Shown in pieces: positions 1-10,157 of a stretch of DNA of 64,000 bases; the stretch's first letter is position 1, and each line of letters begins with the position of its first letter. This DNA is from Fidelibacterota bacterium (GTDB lineage Bacteria > Fidelibacterota > UBA2242), in NCBI GenBank assembly GCA_049975265.1, contig JBNGDF010000003.1, positions 103,665-167,664 on the forward strand, written 5' to 3'. The notes under the pieces are model-generated. The model worked only from the letters and a program-made list of their open reading frames with translations, was not told the origin of the DNA and did no database searches. Both the position numbers and the translations under genes were made by a program.

Positions 1-2033
1 ATATGGCGATAATCAAAAGTACCATCGCCAAACAGCAGAACATACTCCGGTGGAACCGCCCAGTTGTTGAGGGCATAGCTTAAAAATTGGCGGATAGCAT
101 GTGGATCGACGATATCGGCGTTGAATTCCCGCAGGATTTGACTCTGCAAAACGACAAGAGAACTAAGCCGGTCACTGCTTTTGACCTCTTCTGAATAGAG
201 ATTTGCCAGCTCCTGAGCGGCGTCTTTGAATGGTTCATCGGTGATAATGACATACTGTGCCGCATTCTCCGGTCGCCGCAGGGTAGTCCATTCCGGCTGC
301 TGAATGGCGATAATATTATCCGCTGAAAGGTATTTGGAATTGTGGGTCAGTAGATAGTGCGAGCGCTGGCTGAGTTGATTTTGGGTTTTGAAGGAAAAGG
401 AATGCCCGGCGGTTGGAGGTAGATTGTAATAGGTGACATTGTTCCAGTCGGTGATATCGTATAGAATCGCCTCGCTGAAGCCGATATCACTAAGCCGGTA
501 TTCCACAATCCCGGATCTTGCCGGACCCCAAAAATCCAGCTCGTCGCCCCTCGGTTTCAGCGGCGCTTCGTAGCGGATTTGTACGAAGTCGATATGGGCG
601 GAGGCAGAAGATACATTTGCAGAATAGTGTAGTTTGATAATATTGGGAATGCCCGGTTTTAAAGATATTGATAAGTTCCGCGATGAGACATACCAGTTAC
701 TGGTGGTCCAGGAAGCGACAGGCGATGGTGAATTGTTTAAGAAAATCTTATAGGTATGGGCAGTTGAATTAGTGGTGCCGCGGGTTTTTAGGCTCAGATT
801 TGCCGGATATTGGAATGTCTCCGGGTCTTCATCGGCTTTTTCTGGGAGTTGAAATACAACGGAAATGTTGGCACCGGGGCTGGCAAATTTTTCGCCGTAC
901 CAATCTGTACCCGATCGTAAAAAGTTGGTCATATCCAATTCGTGACGATCGATCCTCTCATATTTCAATACCGCTGTATCAGGAATCGCCGTTGACATGT
1001 CGAGCACCGGCATGCTTTTCGGCTGACCGGTGTCTTCGGCAATCAAAAGCCAGTAGTAATTGACATCCGAATAGGCGTGGCGGTTGAAGTAGAGTCTGCC
1101 GTTGATGTCGGCATCGACGCCGCTGGTGGCGCGTCCATAGAAGATAATGGCGTCTCCGGTGTGGAAAGTACCGTCGTTTGATCCGGAAATTCTTCTGGTA
1201 TTCTCCACAAGGTTGTCAAGAACAGTGATGCCGGGAGTATTGTCGATTGCCCGACCGCCGGTTCCGTTGGAATAGAGAAAAATCCGTTCGTTTTCAATGG
1301 TTTGATTCGGCAGTCCGGCAGCCACCAGGTCCTGGTGGCTGATCGCGTAAATTCCATCTTTTTTAACGGTAATTCGGAACCAGGTTCCGGCTGGATAGGA
1401 GGCTCTCTTTGCCAGTTGTCTCTGCGGACGTTGCTGCCAGGTTTTTAGATATTTAGAGTTGATGAAAGCCGATTTGGCAGGGGCTTTCATCGAAGAAGAG
1501 TGAACAGTATTTTCGGAAGATTTATGAGCGTAGCTGACAGAGACTTCCACTGATCGGATTATCCGAATATGCCGGGAATCCACGACTTTCAGGGGATAGA
1601 TGACCAGTTCACAGACCGGATTGAAGCGGAGATAGCCCACTTCAATGACATCCCAGAGGGGTCGGGCATTAATCTGTTTGATATGCTCGTCGATGAGCGA
1701 TTTTTCCAGCTGAATGATTTCAGAGGTCACATTAAACGTCCGAATGGTGGCGGGTTCGTGGGGAGTTGGCAGGGCGAGCAGAAAGGACCAATAGGGGATT
1801 GCCAGGACGGGATTGATATCCACGATATCTGCTGCTCCCAGAAAAAACATGGAGATTGAGTCGGGATAAGCGTCTGCCCGTCGCCATTCGATTTTGGAAT
1901 CGTCAGCTACCCGGAAATGCAGCCCGCTTTCGGTTTCAGTTAAAATATGTGTCTGATATGCCGTCAGAGGAGTGAAGGTGGTAAACAGCAGGAAAATGAG
2001 GATAAAGGATTTTATGCGGTTAGTGTCTGTCAT
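1..2033 (-). CDS. C25 (gingipain) family cysteine peptidase, PorU-like type IX secretion sortase; 3' end runs off window
   Basis: Not in ORF track (no stop in window). Partial manual translation from ATG at 2033: signal peptide MTDTNRIKSFILIFLLFTTFTPLTA, then FRITVKKDGIYAISHQDL, DAIIFYG, YSDVNYYWL, and C25 domain start YVIIT...REFNADIVDPHAIRQFL...YVLLFGDGTFDYR. Confidence 0.8.
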   Translation of the reverse strand, partial: MTDTNRIKSFILIFLLFTTFTPLTAYQTHILTETESGLHFRVADDSKIEWRRADAYPDSISMFFLGAADIVDINPVLAIPYWSFLLALPTPHEPATIRTFNVTSEIIQLEKSLIDEHIKQINARPLWDVIEVGYLRFNPVCELVIYPLKVVDSRHIRIIRSVEVSVSYAHKSSENTVHSSSMKAPAKSAFINSKYLKTWQQRPQRQLAKRASYPAGTWFRITVKKDGIYAISHQDLVAAGLPNQTIENERIFLYSNGTGGRAIDNTPGITVLDNLVENTRRISGSNDGTFHTGDAIIFYGRATSGVDADINGRLYFNRHAYSDVNYYWLLIAEDTGQPKSMPVLDMSTAIPDTAVLKYERIDRHELDMTNFLRSGTDWYGEKFASPGANISVVFQLPEKADEDPETFQYPANLSLKTRGTTNSTAHTYKIFLNNSPSPVASWTTSNWYVSSRNLSISLKPGIPNIIKLHYSANVSSASAHIDFVQIRYEAPLKPRGDELDFWGPARSGIVEYRLSDIGFSEAILYDITDWNNVTYYNLPPTAGHSFSFKTQNQLSQRSHYLLTHNSKYLSADNIIAIQQPEWTTLRRPENAAQYVIITDEPFKDAAQELANLYSEEVKSSDRLSSLVVLQSQILREFNADIVDPHAIRQFLSYALNNWAVPPEYVLLFGDGTFDYRH

Positions 2034-2199
2034 TCGTTTTGGAAATTTAATTGTGAAAAGGTTGAATCGCAATATACGAAATGGAAACCGACAAATTTTC
2101 AATCGTCAGTTGCTCAAATTGTTCCCATCACTGAAAAAATGGAACCATTTTCGGGCTTGTGCAATTCAATTGTATGAACGATCAGGTCTGTAATTTACC

Positions 2200-2228
2200 T
2201 TGCATAAGCAGTTGTGAAAAAGTAAATT
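2200..2228 (+). promoter_or_regulatory. Putative sigma70-type promoter of ffh operon (TTGCAT-17-TAAATT)
   Basis: Hexamers with 17-nt spacer 30 nt upstream of ffh ATG. Confidence 0.4.
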
Positions 2229-2258
2229 TACCTGCTTTATTGAATACGAAAATCAGCG

Positions 2259-3581
2259 ATGCTAGATCAGTTACAAAATAGTCTCGGAAAAATAGTAAAA
2301 GCCTTGCGCAGTGAGGGTAAAATCACGGAAAGTAATATCCGCGACACGCTTCGCGAGGTTCGTCGTGCGTTGCTGGAAGCCGATGTCAATTATAAAGTCG
2401 TAAAAGAATTTATCGATAATGTACAGGAAAAGGCGGTCGGTGTTACAGTGACCAGGAGTTTAACGCCGGGTCAGCAGGTCGTCAAGATTTTTCACGACGA
2501 ATTGAGCAGGATTTTAGGAGCTCAACAGTATCGTCTGAAAACCGCTGCTGTTCCGCCCACCGTGATTCTGCTGGCGGGTCTGCAAGGATGCGGTAAAACC
2601 ACCTTTGCGGCAAAACTGGCGCTGATGTTAAAAAGGCAGAACCATAAGCCGCTGCTGGTATCCGTCGATGTTTATCGCCCGGCGGCTGTGAAACAACTGC
2701 AGGTACTGGGAGAACAGATCGATGTTCCGGTGTTTTCCGAGAAATCCAAGGTTGTCAAACGTGCGGTCGAAGCCATCAATTATGCCCGCAAGCAGCATCT
2801 CGACACCGTGATTGTCGATACCGCCGGACGCCTGCATATCGACAAGGAAATGATGAAAGAGCTGGAGGCGCTGAAAAAGAATCTGAAACCCCACAACATC
2901 CTCTTTGTTGCCGACGGATTAACAGGGCAGGATGCCGTCAACACCGCATCGGCATTCAATGATCAACTGGGCTTCGACGGAATTATTCTGACAAAAATGG
3001 ACAGCGATACCCGCGGCGGTGCGGCACTTTCCATTGTCAGCGTTACCGGGAAGCCGATCATGTACATTGGTACCGGGGAGAAACCGGAAAATATCGAAGC
3101 CTTCCATCCGGATCGGATCGCCAACCGCATTCTGGGAATGGGAGATGTGGTTTCACTGGTGGAAAAGGTACAGGCTTCCGTAGATGCAGAGCAGGCGGCA
3201 ACACTGGAGAAAAAGCTGCTGAAACAGCAATTTACCCTTGAAGACTACCTGGACCAGCTGCACCAGATAAAAAAGATGGGACCGCTGGGTGATATTCTGG
3301 AGATGATCCCCGGTTTATCGAAGCTGAAGTCGAAGAATATCAAAGTTGATGATAAAGAGTTGTTGCGGGCGGAGGTGATTATCCAGTCGATGACCCGCCA
3401 GGAGCGACAGAAACCGGCGATTATCAACGGCAGCCGCCGGAAACGAATTGCCCGGGGCAGTGGAACATCGGCAAATGACGTCAACCGCCTCTTGAATCAG
3501 TATTGGCAACTGGTGAAAATGAGTAAACAGATGGGCAAAATGAAAATTCCGGGCAATCTATCTGCTTTCGGAATACATTAA
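2259..3581 (+). CDS. ffh: Signal recognition particle protein Ffh
   Basis: [31 protein letters not shown]ase motifs, Met-rich M domain; canonical operon. Confidence 0.98.
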   Translation: MLDQLQNSLGKIVKALRSEGKITESNIRDTLREVRRALLEADVNYKVVKEFIDNVQEKAVGVTVTRSLTPGQQVVKIFHDELSRILGAQQYRLKTAAVPPTVILLAGLQGCGKTTFAAKLALMLKRQNHKPLLVSVDVYRPAAVKQLQVLGEQIDVPVFSEKSKVVKRAVEAINYARKQHLDTVIVDTAGRLHIDKEMMKELEALKKNLKPHNILFVADGLTGQDAVNTASAFNDQLGFDGIILTKMDSDTRGGAALSIVSVTGKPIMYIGTGEKPENIEAFHPDRIANRILGMGDVVSLVEKVQASVDAEQAATLEKKLLKQQFTLEDYLDQLHQIKKMGPLGDILEMIPGLSKLKSKNIKVDDKELLRAEVIIQSMTRQERQKPAIINGSRRKRIARGSGTSANDVNRLLNQYWQLVKMSKQMGKMKIPGNLSAFGIH

Positions 3582-3600
3582 CAACACAAAGGAGGAATCA

Positions 3601-4344
3601 TTGGCAGTTAGAATCAGATTACTTCGGACAGGAAGAAAAAAGAAACCATCTTACCGGATTGTGGTAATGGACTCACGGGTGCGTCGTGACGGGCGCTATC
3701 TGGAAAAAGTGGGTACTTACTATCCCCTAAACAAACCGGCTGAAGTGAATATTGACAAGGAAAAAGTCTTGAAATGGCTGGAGAAAGGCGCCGAACCCTC
3801 AAAGACGGTATTTAATCTGCTGCAAAAAGAGGGCATCGCTCTGGATTGGCATCTGATCCGCAATAAAGCCGGTGAGCAGGTGCGAAACGTGGAAATGCAG
3901 AAGTTTGAACTGGCAAAAAAGGTCCGTGAAGAGAAAAAATCGAGCGCCAAAGCGAAACCGGAAACTGGGAAGGAACCGACTCCTCCCACACAACCCGAAG
4001 AGGAAGCGGCTGAAAAGCCTGTGACCACCGAAGAACCGGTCGCTGAAACCATCAGTGCAAAAGAGACAGCTGATGAGGAAAAAGCGACAGAAGCGACTCC
4101 GGAAGATGAGCAAAAAACGGAGAGCGATGCAGAAGAGACTGCAGAAGAGTCAGTGAAGGACAAAGACGCCCCCGAAACCGTTCCGGAGACAGAAGAAAAA
4201 GCAGTGGAAGAACCGGAAACGAAGCCAGCCGAAGAGCCGGTTTCTAAAGTAAATGAAGTCATTGAAAAGGTAGAGGAGACCACTGCTGAGGAAAAAGCCG
4301 CAGAATCCGATGAAATTGATGAAAAGAAAAAGGAAGCAGAATAG
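3601..4344 (+). CDS. rpsP: 30S ribosomal protein S16 with long acidic C-terminal extension
   Basis: [36 protein letters not shown] start after AAGGAGG. Confidence 0.96.
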   Translation: MAVRIRLLRTGRKKKPSYRIVVMDSRVRRDGRYLEKVGTYYPLNKPAEVNIDKEKVLKWLEKGAEPSKTVFNLLQKEGIALDWHLIRNKAGEQVRNVEMQKFELAKKVREEKKSSAKAKPETGKEPTPPTQPEEEAAEKPVTTEEPVAETISAKETADEEKATEATPEDEQKTESDAEETAEESVKDKDAPETVPETEEKAVEEPETKPAEEPVSKVNEVIEKVEETTAEEKAAESDEIDEKKKEAE

Positions 4345-4460
4345 CGGATCGAAGGTAGACACATTTATTTTGGATTTTCTTGATAATTTTGTATTAAATT
4401 CTTACGATTACCGGATATTGAAATGATGTTCACAGAAACCAGTAATAAGGAGTAGCAGTT

Positions 4461-4694
4461 ATGAAAGACTTCATCGAGTACATTGTCAAGAAATTGGTGG
4501 ATCATCCAGATGAGGTACGGGTTTCTCAGATCGACAGTGAAAAAACTGTCATTATGGAATTGCAGGTAAAAGAAGGTGATCTGGGGAAGGTAATTGGTAA
4601 AAAAGGACGCACAGCCAAAGCCTTGCGGACTCTTCTGACGGCTGCTGCAGCGAAGCAGGGGCAGAAACGCGCGATATTGGAAATTATTGAGTAA
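4461..4694 (+). CDS. khpA: KH-domain RNA-binding protein KhpA
   Basis: DLGKVIGKKGRTAKALR; position between rpsP and rimM. Confidence 0.93.
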   Translation: MKDFIEYIVKKLVDHPDEVRVSQIDSEKTVIMELQVKEGDLGKVIGKKGRTAKALRTLLTAAAAKQGQKRAILEIIE

Positions 4695-4696
4695 TT

Positions 4697-5203
4697 GTGG
4701 ATGTTAAAAGCAGCAAAATCCGGATCGGGTATGTTCAGAAGGGTCGGGGTTTAAAAGGCGAGCTGCTGGTTGCGCTGACATCTGCAGAGATTGAGATTGA
4801 AAAAGGAATAAGGACAGTCTGGTTAGGAGATGATTCTGACCGGATGAATCCTTGGGAAGTGGAATACGTGTGCCCAAGGGGTTCAAACGCTATTTTAAAA
4901 TTGAAGGATGTAACATCGCGGGAACAGACCGATTTTCTGAGGGGAATGGCTCTCTATGTTGAGATCAAAGAGGTTTCGATAAACGCCCCGGTCGATATGT
5001 TGGGATATGCTGCCATTTCCGCCGGTGATAACACGCGGATTGGAACTGTAACCGGAATAGAAGCATCTGATTTTCAGCAGCGGTTGATTGTTCAGAACGG
5101 TGAAAAAACCGTGGAAATTCCGGCAGTAGATGAATTTATCAAGAGCGTTGACCACAACGACAAAGTTGTCAAAATCGTGTTAATCGACGGAATGGAAAGT
5201 TAG
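4697..5203 (+). CDS. rimM: 16S rRNA processing protein RimM
   Basis: IGYVQKGRGLKGEL N-terminus, PRC-barrel IPAVDEFI C-terminus; operon position. Confidence 0.92.
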   Translation: MDVKSSKIRIGYVQKGRGLKGELLVALTSAEIEIEKGIRTVWLGDDSDRMNPWEVEYVCPRGSNAILKLKDVTSREQTDFLRGMALYVEIKEVSINAPVDMLGYAAISAGDNTRIGTVTGIEASDFQQRLIVQNGEKTVEIPAVDEFIKSVDHNDKVVKIVLIDGMES

Positions 5204-5902
5204 ATGAAGATCTGGTTCGTAACTGTATTTCCGGAAATGATCGCGGCGTACTTGAACGAGAGCATGTTCCGAAAAGCCGTCGAACAGCAGTTGGTCTGTT
5301 TTGAGGTCTGGGATTTGCGGGATTTTACCACGGACAGACATCGACAGGTGGATGACAAACCTTTTGGCGGCGGAGCCGGTATGGTGCTGAAAGCGGAGCC
5401 CTTTTTTCGTGCCTACGACCGGTTGAAAAAGATGCATCCGGATACACCTTTTCGGATTATCTGTCCGTCACCTCAGGGGCATCTCCTTAATCACCGGCGT
5501 GCGGTGGATTTAGCCGGGGGATCAGACCTTGTATTTTTCTGCGGGCATTACAAGGGCATTGATGAGCGGGTGATGGAGAATCTGGTGGATGAAGAGATCA
5601 GTATCGGTGATTACGTATTAACCGGTGGCGAACTGCCGGCACTGGTGATTGCCGATTCTATTATTCGGCATATTCCCGGTGTGTTGCACTCCTACGAATC
5701 GGCAGAAACGGATTCCTTTGCAGACGAATTGCTGGAAGGCCCGATTTACACTCAGCCGCGGGAATACCGCGGACTCAAGGTTCCGGACATTTTGCTGAGT
5801 GGGAATCATCAAAAGATTGAAGAATGGCGTCAACAGCAACGCCTTGAAAGGACAAAGCAAAAACGTAGTGAATTGCTGAATGAGAAAAATGAAAAAAAAT
5901 GA
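5204..5902 (+). CDS. trmD: tRNA (guanine37-N1)-methyltransferase
   Basis: [34 protein letters not shown] motifs. Confidence 0.98.
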   Translation: MKIWFVTVFPEMIAAYLNESMFRKAVEQQLVCFEVWDLRDFTTDRHRQVDDKPFGGGAGMVLKAEPFFRAYDRLKKMHPDTPFRIICPSPQGHLLNHRRAVDLAGGSDLVFFCGHYKGIDERVMENLVDEEISIGDYVLTGGELPALVIADSIIRHIPGVLHSYESAETDSFADELLEGPIYTQPREYRGLKVPDILLSGNHQKIEEWRQQQRLERTKQKRSELLNEKNEKK

Positions 5903-6258
5903 TATTGGAGGAAAAAATGGATAAACTCGCTGCAGCCAGCGCAGAACAGATTCGCACGGATATTCCCGATTTCAAAGCCGGGGATACCGTAGCGGTTGAA
6001 TACAAAATTATTGAAGGCAACCGGGAGAGAACACAGCGTTTCCAGGGAGTCGTAATCGCCAGGAGTGGTGGCGGTATCAACGAGACCTTTACGGTACGGA
6101 AGATATCAAACGGAATCGGCGTGGAGCGGATTTTCCCGCTGCATTCGCCCAAAATAAGCAGTATCGAACGGATTTCCGTTGGTAAAGTTCGACGCGCTAA
6201 ACTCTACTATCTGCGCGGACTCAAAGGGAAAGCGGCAAGAATCAAGGAGAAGCGCTAA
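5899..6258 (+). CDS. rplS: 50S ribosomal protein L19 (start may be 5917)
   Basis: [38 protein letters not shown]. Confidence 0.98.
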   Translation: MILEEKMDKLAAASAEQIRTDIPDFKAGDTVAVEYKIIEGNRERTQRFQGVVIARSGGGINETFTVRKISNGIGVERIFPLHSPKISSIERISVGKVRRAKLYYLRGLKGKAARIKEKR

Positions 6259-6284
6259 GCCCTCCCGTTCCGGTTTAAGAATAT

Positions 6285-6315
6285 AAAAAAGCCCCGGTTT
6301 TTTCCGGGGCTTTTT
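6285..6315. terminator. Bidirectional intrinsic terminator between rplS and pruA
   Basis: AAAAAA-GCCCCGG-TTTTTT-CCGGGGC-TTTTT between convergent genes. Confidence 0.88.
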
Positions 6316-6335
6316 CACACAAAGAAACGTTTCAT

Positions 6336-7964
6336 TTACTCTTCCATAAAAGGATAACGATAATCCTTCGGCGGAATGAAATTTTCCTTAATTGTGCGGG
6401 GTGAGACCCAGCGCAGCAGGTTGATCATGCTGCCGGCTTTATCGTTGGTACCGGACGCCCGGCTGCCACCGAAAGGCTGCTGTCCGACGACGGCGCCGGT
6501 GGGTTTGTCATTGATGTAGAAATTGCCGGCGGCATGCCGCAGCACCTCGGAAGCAAGGGAGATCGCCTGCCGGTCATGGGCAAAGACAGCGCCGGTAAGG
6601 GCGTAAGGTGAGGTCTCATCGCAGAGTTTTAAGGTTTTTTCGTAATCACTGTCTGCATATACATAGATCGTCAGAACAGGACCGAATATTTCCTCTTCCA
6701 TTGTCTTAAAATGCGGATTGCTGGTAACAATGATGGTCGGTTCGATAAAATAGCCTTTGGAATCATCGGCTATCCCGCCGGCTATGATTTCGGCGTCGAC
6801 AGCGTTTCGGGCAAAATCAATATAGGTGCGGATATTTTCAAAAGCGACCCGATCGATGACGGCATTGAAGAAGTTGCGGAAATCACGCACATCGCCGATG
6901 GTGATAGTCTGGATCGTGTCCAGCAGTTTTGTTTTCAGTTCAGACCAGGTGGATTGCGGAACATAGGCGCGGGAAACTGCCGAGCATTTCTGACCTTGAT
7001 ATTCGTATGCACCGCGGATCAGAGCAGTATTCAGCTCATCGAGATCGCAGCTGTTATGAGCGAAAACAAAATCCTTACCGCCGGTTTCACCGACGATTCG
7101 GGGATAGCTCCTGTAGGAAGCGATGTTCTCACCGATGGTTTTCCACATGCTTTGAAAGACAGCCGTACTGCCGGTGAAATGGACGCCTGCCAGTTTTGGG
7201 TGGGAGAGTACTTTGGGTCCGACATCTCTGCCGCTGCCGGGTATGAAATTGATGACGCCCGGAGGCAGACCCGCTTCTTCGAGCAGTTTGATCAAATAGT
7301 AGGCGGTGAACACGGCTGACGACGCCGGTTTCCAAAGGACAGTATTGCCCATCATGGCGGGCGCGGTGGGGAGATTGCCGGCGATAGAGGTGAAATTGAA
7401 CGGAGTTACCGCAAAGACAAAACCTTCCAGCGCACGCTGTTCGACCCGGTTCCACTGACCGGGTGGAGAGAACGGCTGCTGTTCATAAATCTTCTCCATA
7501 AATTTAACGTTGAAATTCCAGAAGTCGATCAGCTCGCAGGCAGAATCGATCTCCGCCTGAAAGACGTTTTTACTCTGGTTCAACATGGTTGCCGCATTGA
7601 GAATCGCCCGCCAGGGACCAGCCAGCAGAGCTGCTGCTTTTTTAAAAATGCCGGCGCGTTCCCACCAAGGCAGATTTGACCAGATATGCCAGGCTTTTTG
7701 AGAGGCTTCCACAGCCATTTCAACCTCCGTTGGACCAGCCTGATGAAATGTTGCCAGAACCTGTTGAAAATCGTGGGGCATGACCGCTTTCCCAAGCTTG
7801 CCGGTTTTGACTTCTTTGCCTCCGATGATCAGGGGAATCTCAATCTGCTCACCGGACATTTTTTCCAGAATGCCTTGCAGCTCTGCACGCTCGGCACTGC
7901 CCGGAAGATAATCTTTGACCGGTTCATTTATGGGCTCAGGTAGTGAAAAAATGGCATTCGACAT
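6336..7964 (-). CDS. pruA: L-glutamate gamma-semialdehyde (1-pyrroline-5-carboxylate) dehydrogenase
   Basis: AEIDSACELIDF, TPFNFTSIAGNL, GETGGKDF, EYQGQKCSA, GQQPFGGSRASGTNDKAG. Confidence 0.95.
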   Translation of the reverse strand: MSNAIFSLPEPINEPVKDYLPGSAERAELQGILEKMSGEQIEIPLIIGGKEVKTGKLGKAVMPHDFQQVLATFHQAGPTEVEMAVEASQKAWHIWSNLPWWERAGIFKKAAALLAGPWRAILNAATMLNQSKNVFQAEIDSACELIDFWNFNVKFMEKIYEQQPFSPPGQWNRVEQRALEGFVFAVTPFNFTSIAGNLPTAPAMMGNTVLWKPASSAVFTAYYLIKLLEEAGLPPGVINFIPGSGRDVGPKVLSHPKLAGVHFTGSTAVFQSMWKTIGENIASYRSYPRIVGETGGKDFVFAHNSCDLDELNTALIRGAYEYQGQKCSAVSRAYVPQSTWSELKTKLLDTIQTITIGDVRDFRNFFNAVIDRVAFENIRTYIDFARNAVDAEIIAGGIADDSKGYFIEPTIIVTSNPHFKTMEEEIFGPVLTIYVYADSDYEKTLKLCDETSPYALTGAVFAHDRQAISLASEVLRHAAGNFYINDKPTGAVVGQQPFGGSRASGTNDKAGSMINLLRWVSPRTIKENFIPPKDYRYPFMEE

Positions 7965-8152
7965 GGGGCACCTTCCTTTTTATGAGTTAGACCTGTTCTT
8001 TGCGTGTAAACTTAAAATAAGTGCTGTTTGTACGATTGAATTATTCACTTTTTTAAGTTAATAAATCCAATTGAAGGGTGGTAGGATAAAATTTCCGCTT
8101 TTCCGGTTTTTTGATTGTTCTATAATTCAAAAAATATTTGCTATATTTGGTC

Positions 8153-9328
8153 ATGCGGAGAGTTGTTACTTGTTGGAAATTATGTTACTTCGGGGTGGTC
8201 ATCACCATATTCCTTTTGAGCTTACCGATTACGGCTCAAATTCAGTTGCAGCGGATTTCAATCATTGGCAATCGGAATAACGCTCCTTACTGGTCGAATT
8301 CGGCAATCATTGCCGATGCCGGAGACAATCTGCGGTTGTCCTATCTGCTGGAGGTTCGACCCGCGCATCTATACTCCACGGTCTATATTTCACCTTATCG
8401 GAATATCATCGCTGATGGTGATACGCTCGAGCAGAATTCTATTTATGCACCGGAAGACCTCTTGACCGAAGCCACCTCAATCGTATGGTACCGGGTTGAG
8501 CCGGCGAACCTGGATACCGTTTATAAAAACCATCTGAGACTCGTGACCCCTTTTGCGGTGATTCATTACCGTGAATCAGGTATCGCTGAGTGGCAGGACA
8601 AAGAGGAAATCCGGTTGAATTCCACAGCCCTTGCCCGGCAGGTTTTTCCCGGAACTGTCTGGCTGAAAATTGAATTGCGACACGGGACCGACTTTGTCGG
8701 TTCGGCGGGTGCCGAACGGCGTTGCCTCACGGATCGGGGTGACGATTTCGCTGGTTTAGGTGATGCGGTGTTTCGGGTCAGCTGCCGGGGGCGGACCGGC
8801 TCAAAACTACTGGATAATGTGTTGCTTTACCGCAACCTCCCATTCATCGTAAACCCCGTTTCATTTGACCGTGATTGGAATAATCACCAGACAAGCCGGT
8901 GGATCGGCGGCAATCTGAGTACTTTCATTGTTGCAGCGGCATTGCAGCTGGATGTTTTTTTATTGGATTATATCGAAAAACTACCCCTGCCGGAGTATAA
9001 CTATTTTACGGTGACGGAATATGTACACAGGGGGCTCGTGCGGCAATCCGATTTTTACCTGTCACCCGACGACTGCAAAGAGGTTGCACTGGATAATCAC
9101 CTTTTTAACCAGGGCGATATTATTATCAGCCGGTCAGAGGCAGCCCTGTTTTATCAGGACCGCAGTGCGCCGGATTCGGAGTACGCCGGTGAAGGGAATC
9201 AGCGGCTGGACCGCTTCGACCTTGTTCTGGAATGCAATGACGGATCACTGCGATGGGGCACGTTGCAGGAGACGCTGGGGGATACCATCAGCCTGATCCG
9301 CTGGAAACGACGCTGGTTACGGTATTAG
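8153..9328 (+). CDS. Hypothetical exported protein
   Basis: ~390-aa ORF with hydrophobic N-terminal segment ending ITAQ; no recognised motif; start uncertain (8138/8153). Confidence 0.6.
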   Translation: MRRVVTCWKLCYFGVVITIFLLSLPITAQIQLQRISIIGNRNNAPYWSNSAIIADAGDNLRLSYLLEVRPAHLYSTVYISPYRNIIADGDTLEQNSIYAPEDLLTEATSIVWYRVEPANLDTVYKNHLRLVTPFAVIHYRESGIAEWQDKEEIRLNSTALARQVFPGTVWLKIELRHGTDFVGSAGAERRCLTDRGDDFAGLGDAVFRVSCRGRTGSKLLDNVLLYRNLPFIVNPVSFDRDWNNHQTSRWIGGNLSTFIVAAALQLDVFLLDYIEKLPLPEYNYFTVTEYVHRGLVRQSDFYLSPDDCKEVALDNHLFNQGDIIISRSEAALFYQDRSAPDSEYAGEGNQRLDRFDLVLECNDGSLRWGTLQETLGDTISLIRWKRRWLRY

Positions 9329-9354
9329 GATTGTTGTATAGATGTGATGATATA

Positions 9355-9693
9355 TTACTGAAGAATCTTCTGGGCGGCGGTTTCCGGATCATTTACGATC
9401 GGGAAAATCGGTAACAATCCGGCGATTTCAAAGACCTCTTTAATGTCATCCTTCACCGAACACAAAATCATTTTACCGCCGAACTGATTTAGTTTTTTTG
9501 CCGCACCAAGCAGCACTCTCAAACCGGCACTGCTGATATAGTTGAGTTCGGAAAAATCAAGGATGAATTTGGTATTATTTGGATCAATTACCGGAATTAA
9601 TTTTTTTTCCAAATCACCCGACGTATTAGAATCCAAACTTCCTTCAATTGCATAAATGTAAATGTTTTCAATTTTTTCGATATTTACCTGCAT
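9355..9693 (-). CDS. STAS-domain anti-sigma factor antagonist (RsbV/SpoIIAA-like)
   Basis: LDFSELNYISSAGLRVL with phosphoacceptor Ser; EVFEIAGL. Confidence 0.93.
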   Translation of the reverse strand: MQVNIEKIENIYIYAIEGSLDSNTSGDLEKKLIPVIDPNNTKFILDFSELNYISSAGLRVLLGAAKKLNQFGGKMILCSVKDDIKEVFEIAGLLPIFPIVNDPETAAQKILQ

Positions 9694-9717
9694 TCCCTAC
9701 CCTTTTTTTCTTATCGG

Positions 9718-10140
9718 TTACTTATATTCACGTTTCTTGGTTAAAACTAAGGTATTTTTCCCATTTTTGGAACTGTAATTTATCTCATCCATCATATTTT
9801 TAATCAGGTAGATACCCAGCCCGCCGATTTTCCGCTCAGTCAGATCACTCTGCACGTCCGGTTCCGGAGCATCCGCCGGGTCAAAGGGGTGGCTATCGTC
9901 GATAATCTCTAATTTCTGGTAGTCCTTTTCCAGGGTGTAGTGGATATCGATGAAGTGTTCTTTTTTATCTGAATAGCCATACGAGATGATATTGGTCAGG
10001 ATTTCGTCGATTGCCAGATGCAGGGTAAAGATTTCCTTATCCGGCACGGTATGTGCACGACTAAACCGGTCGATCTCGTCGCAGACATGCTCGATTTCAG
10101 GAATTTTATTGGCTATGTGAATTTCGATAGAGTTGGCCAC
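9718..10140 (-). CDS. Anti-sigma factor/serine kinase, RsbW-like (HATPase_c_2)
   Basis: LAIDEILTNIISYG, IIDDSHPFDP, IGGLGIYLI. Confidence 0.93.
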   Translation of the reverse strand: MANSIEIHIANKIPEIEHVCDEIDRFSRAHTVPDKEIFTLHLAIDEILTNIISYGYSDKKEHFIDIHYTLEKDYQKLEIIDDSHPFDPADAPEPDVQSDLTERKIGGLGIYLIKNMMDEINYSSKNGKNTLVLTKKREYK

Positions 10141-10157
10141 ATTTACCGCCTGCTGTT

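Noticed and set aside
80..2193. Short ORFs listed in the first 2.2 kb
   Set aside because: Alternative-frame or antisense shadows of the PorU-like gene, or intergenic noise
3720..4364. 214-aa Ser/Phe-rich minus-strand ORF
   Set aside because: Antisense shadow of the Glu/Lys-rich rpsP tail
6336..7964. P5C dehydrogenase as part of the cyanophycin/arginine system
   Set aside because: Metabolically compatible but 40 kb away in a housekeeping context; no evidence of linkage
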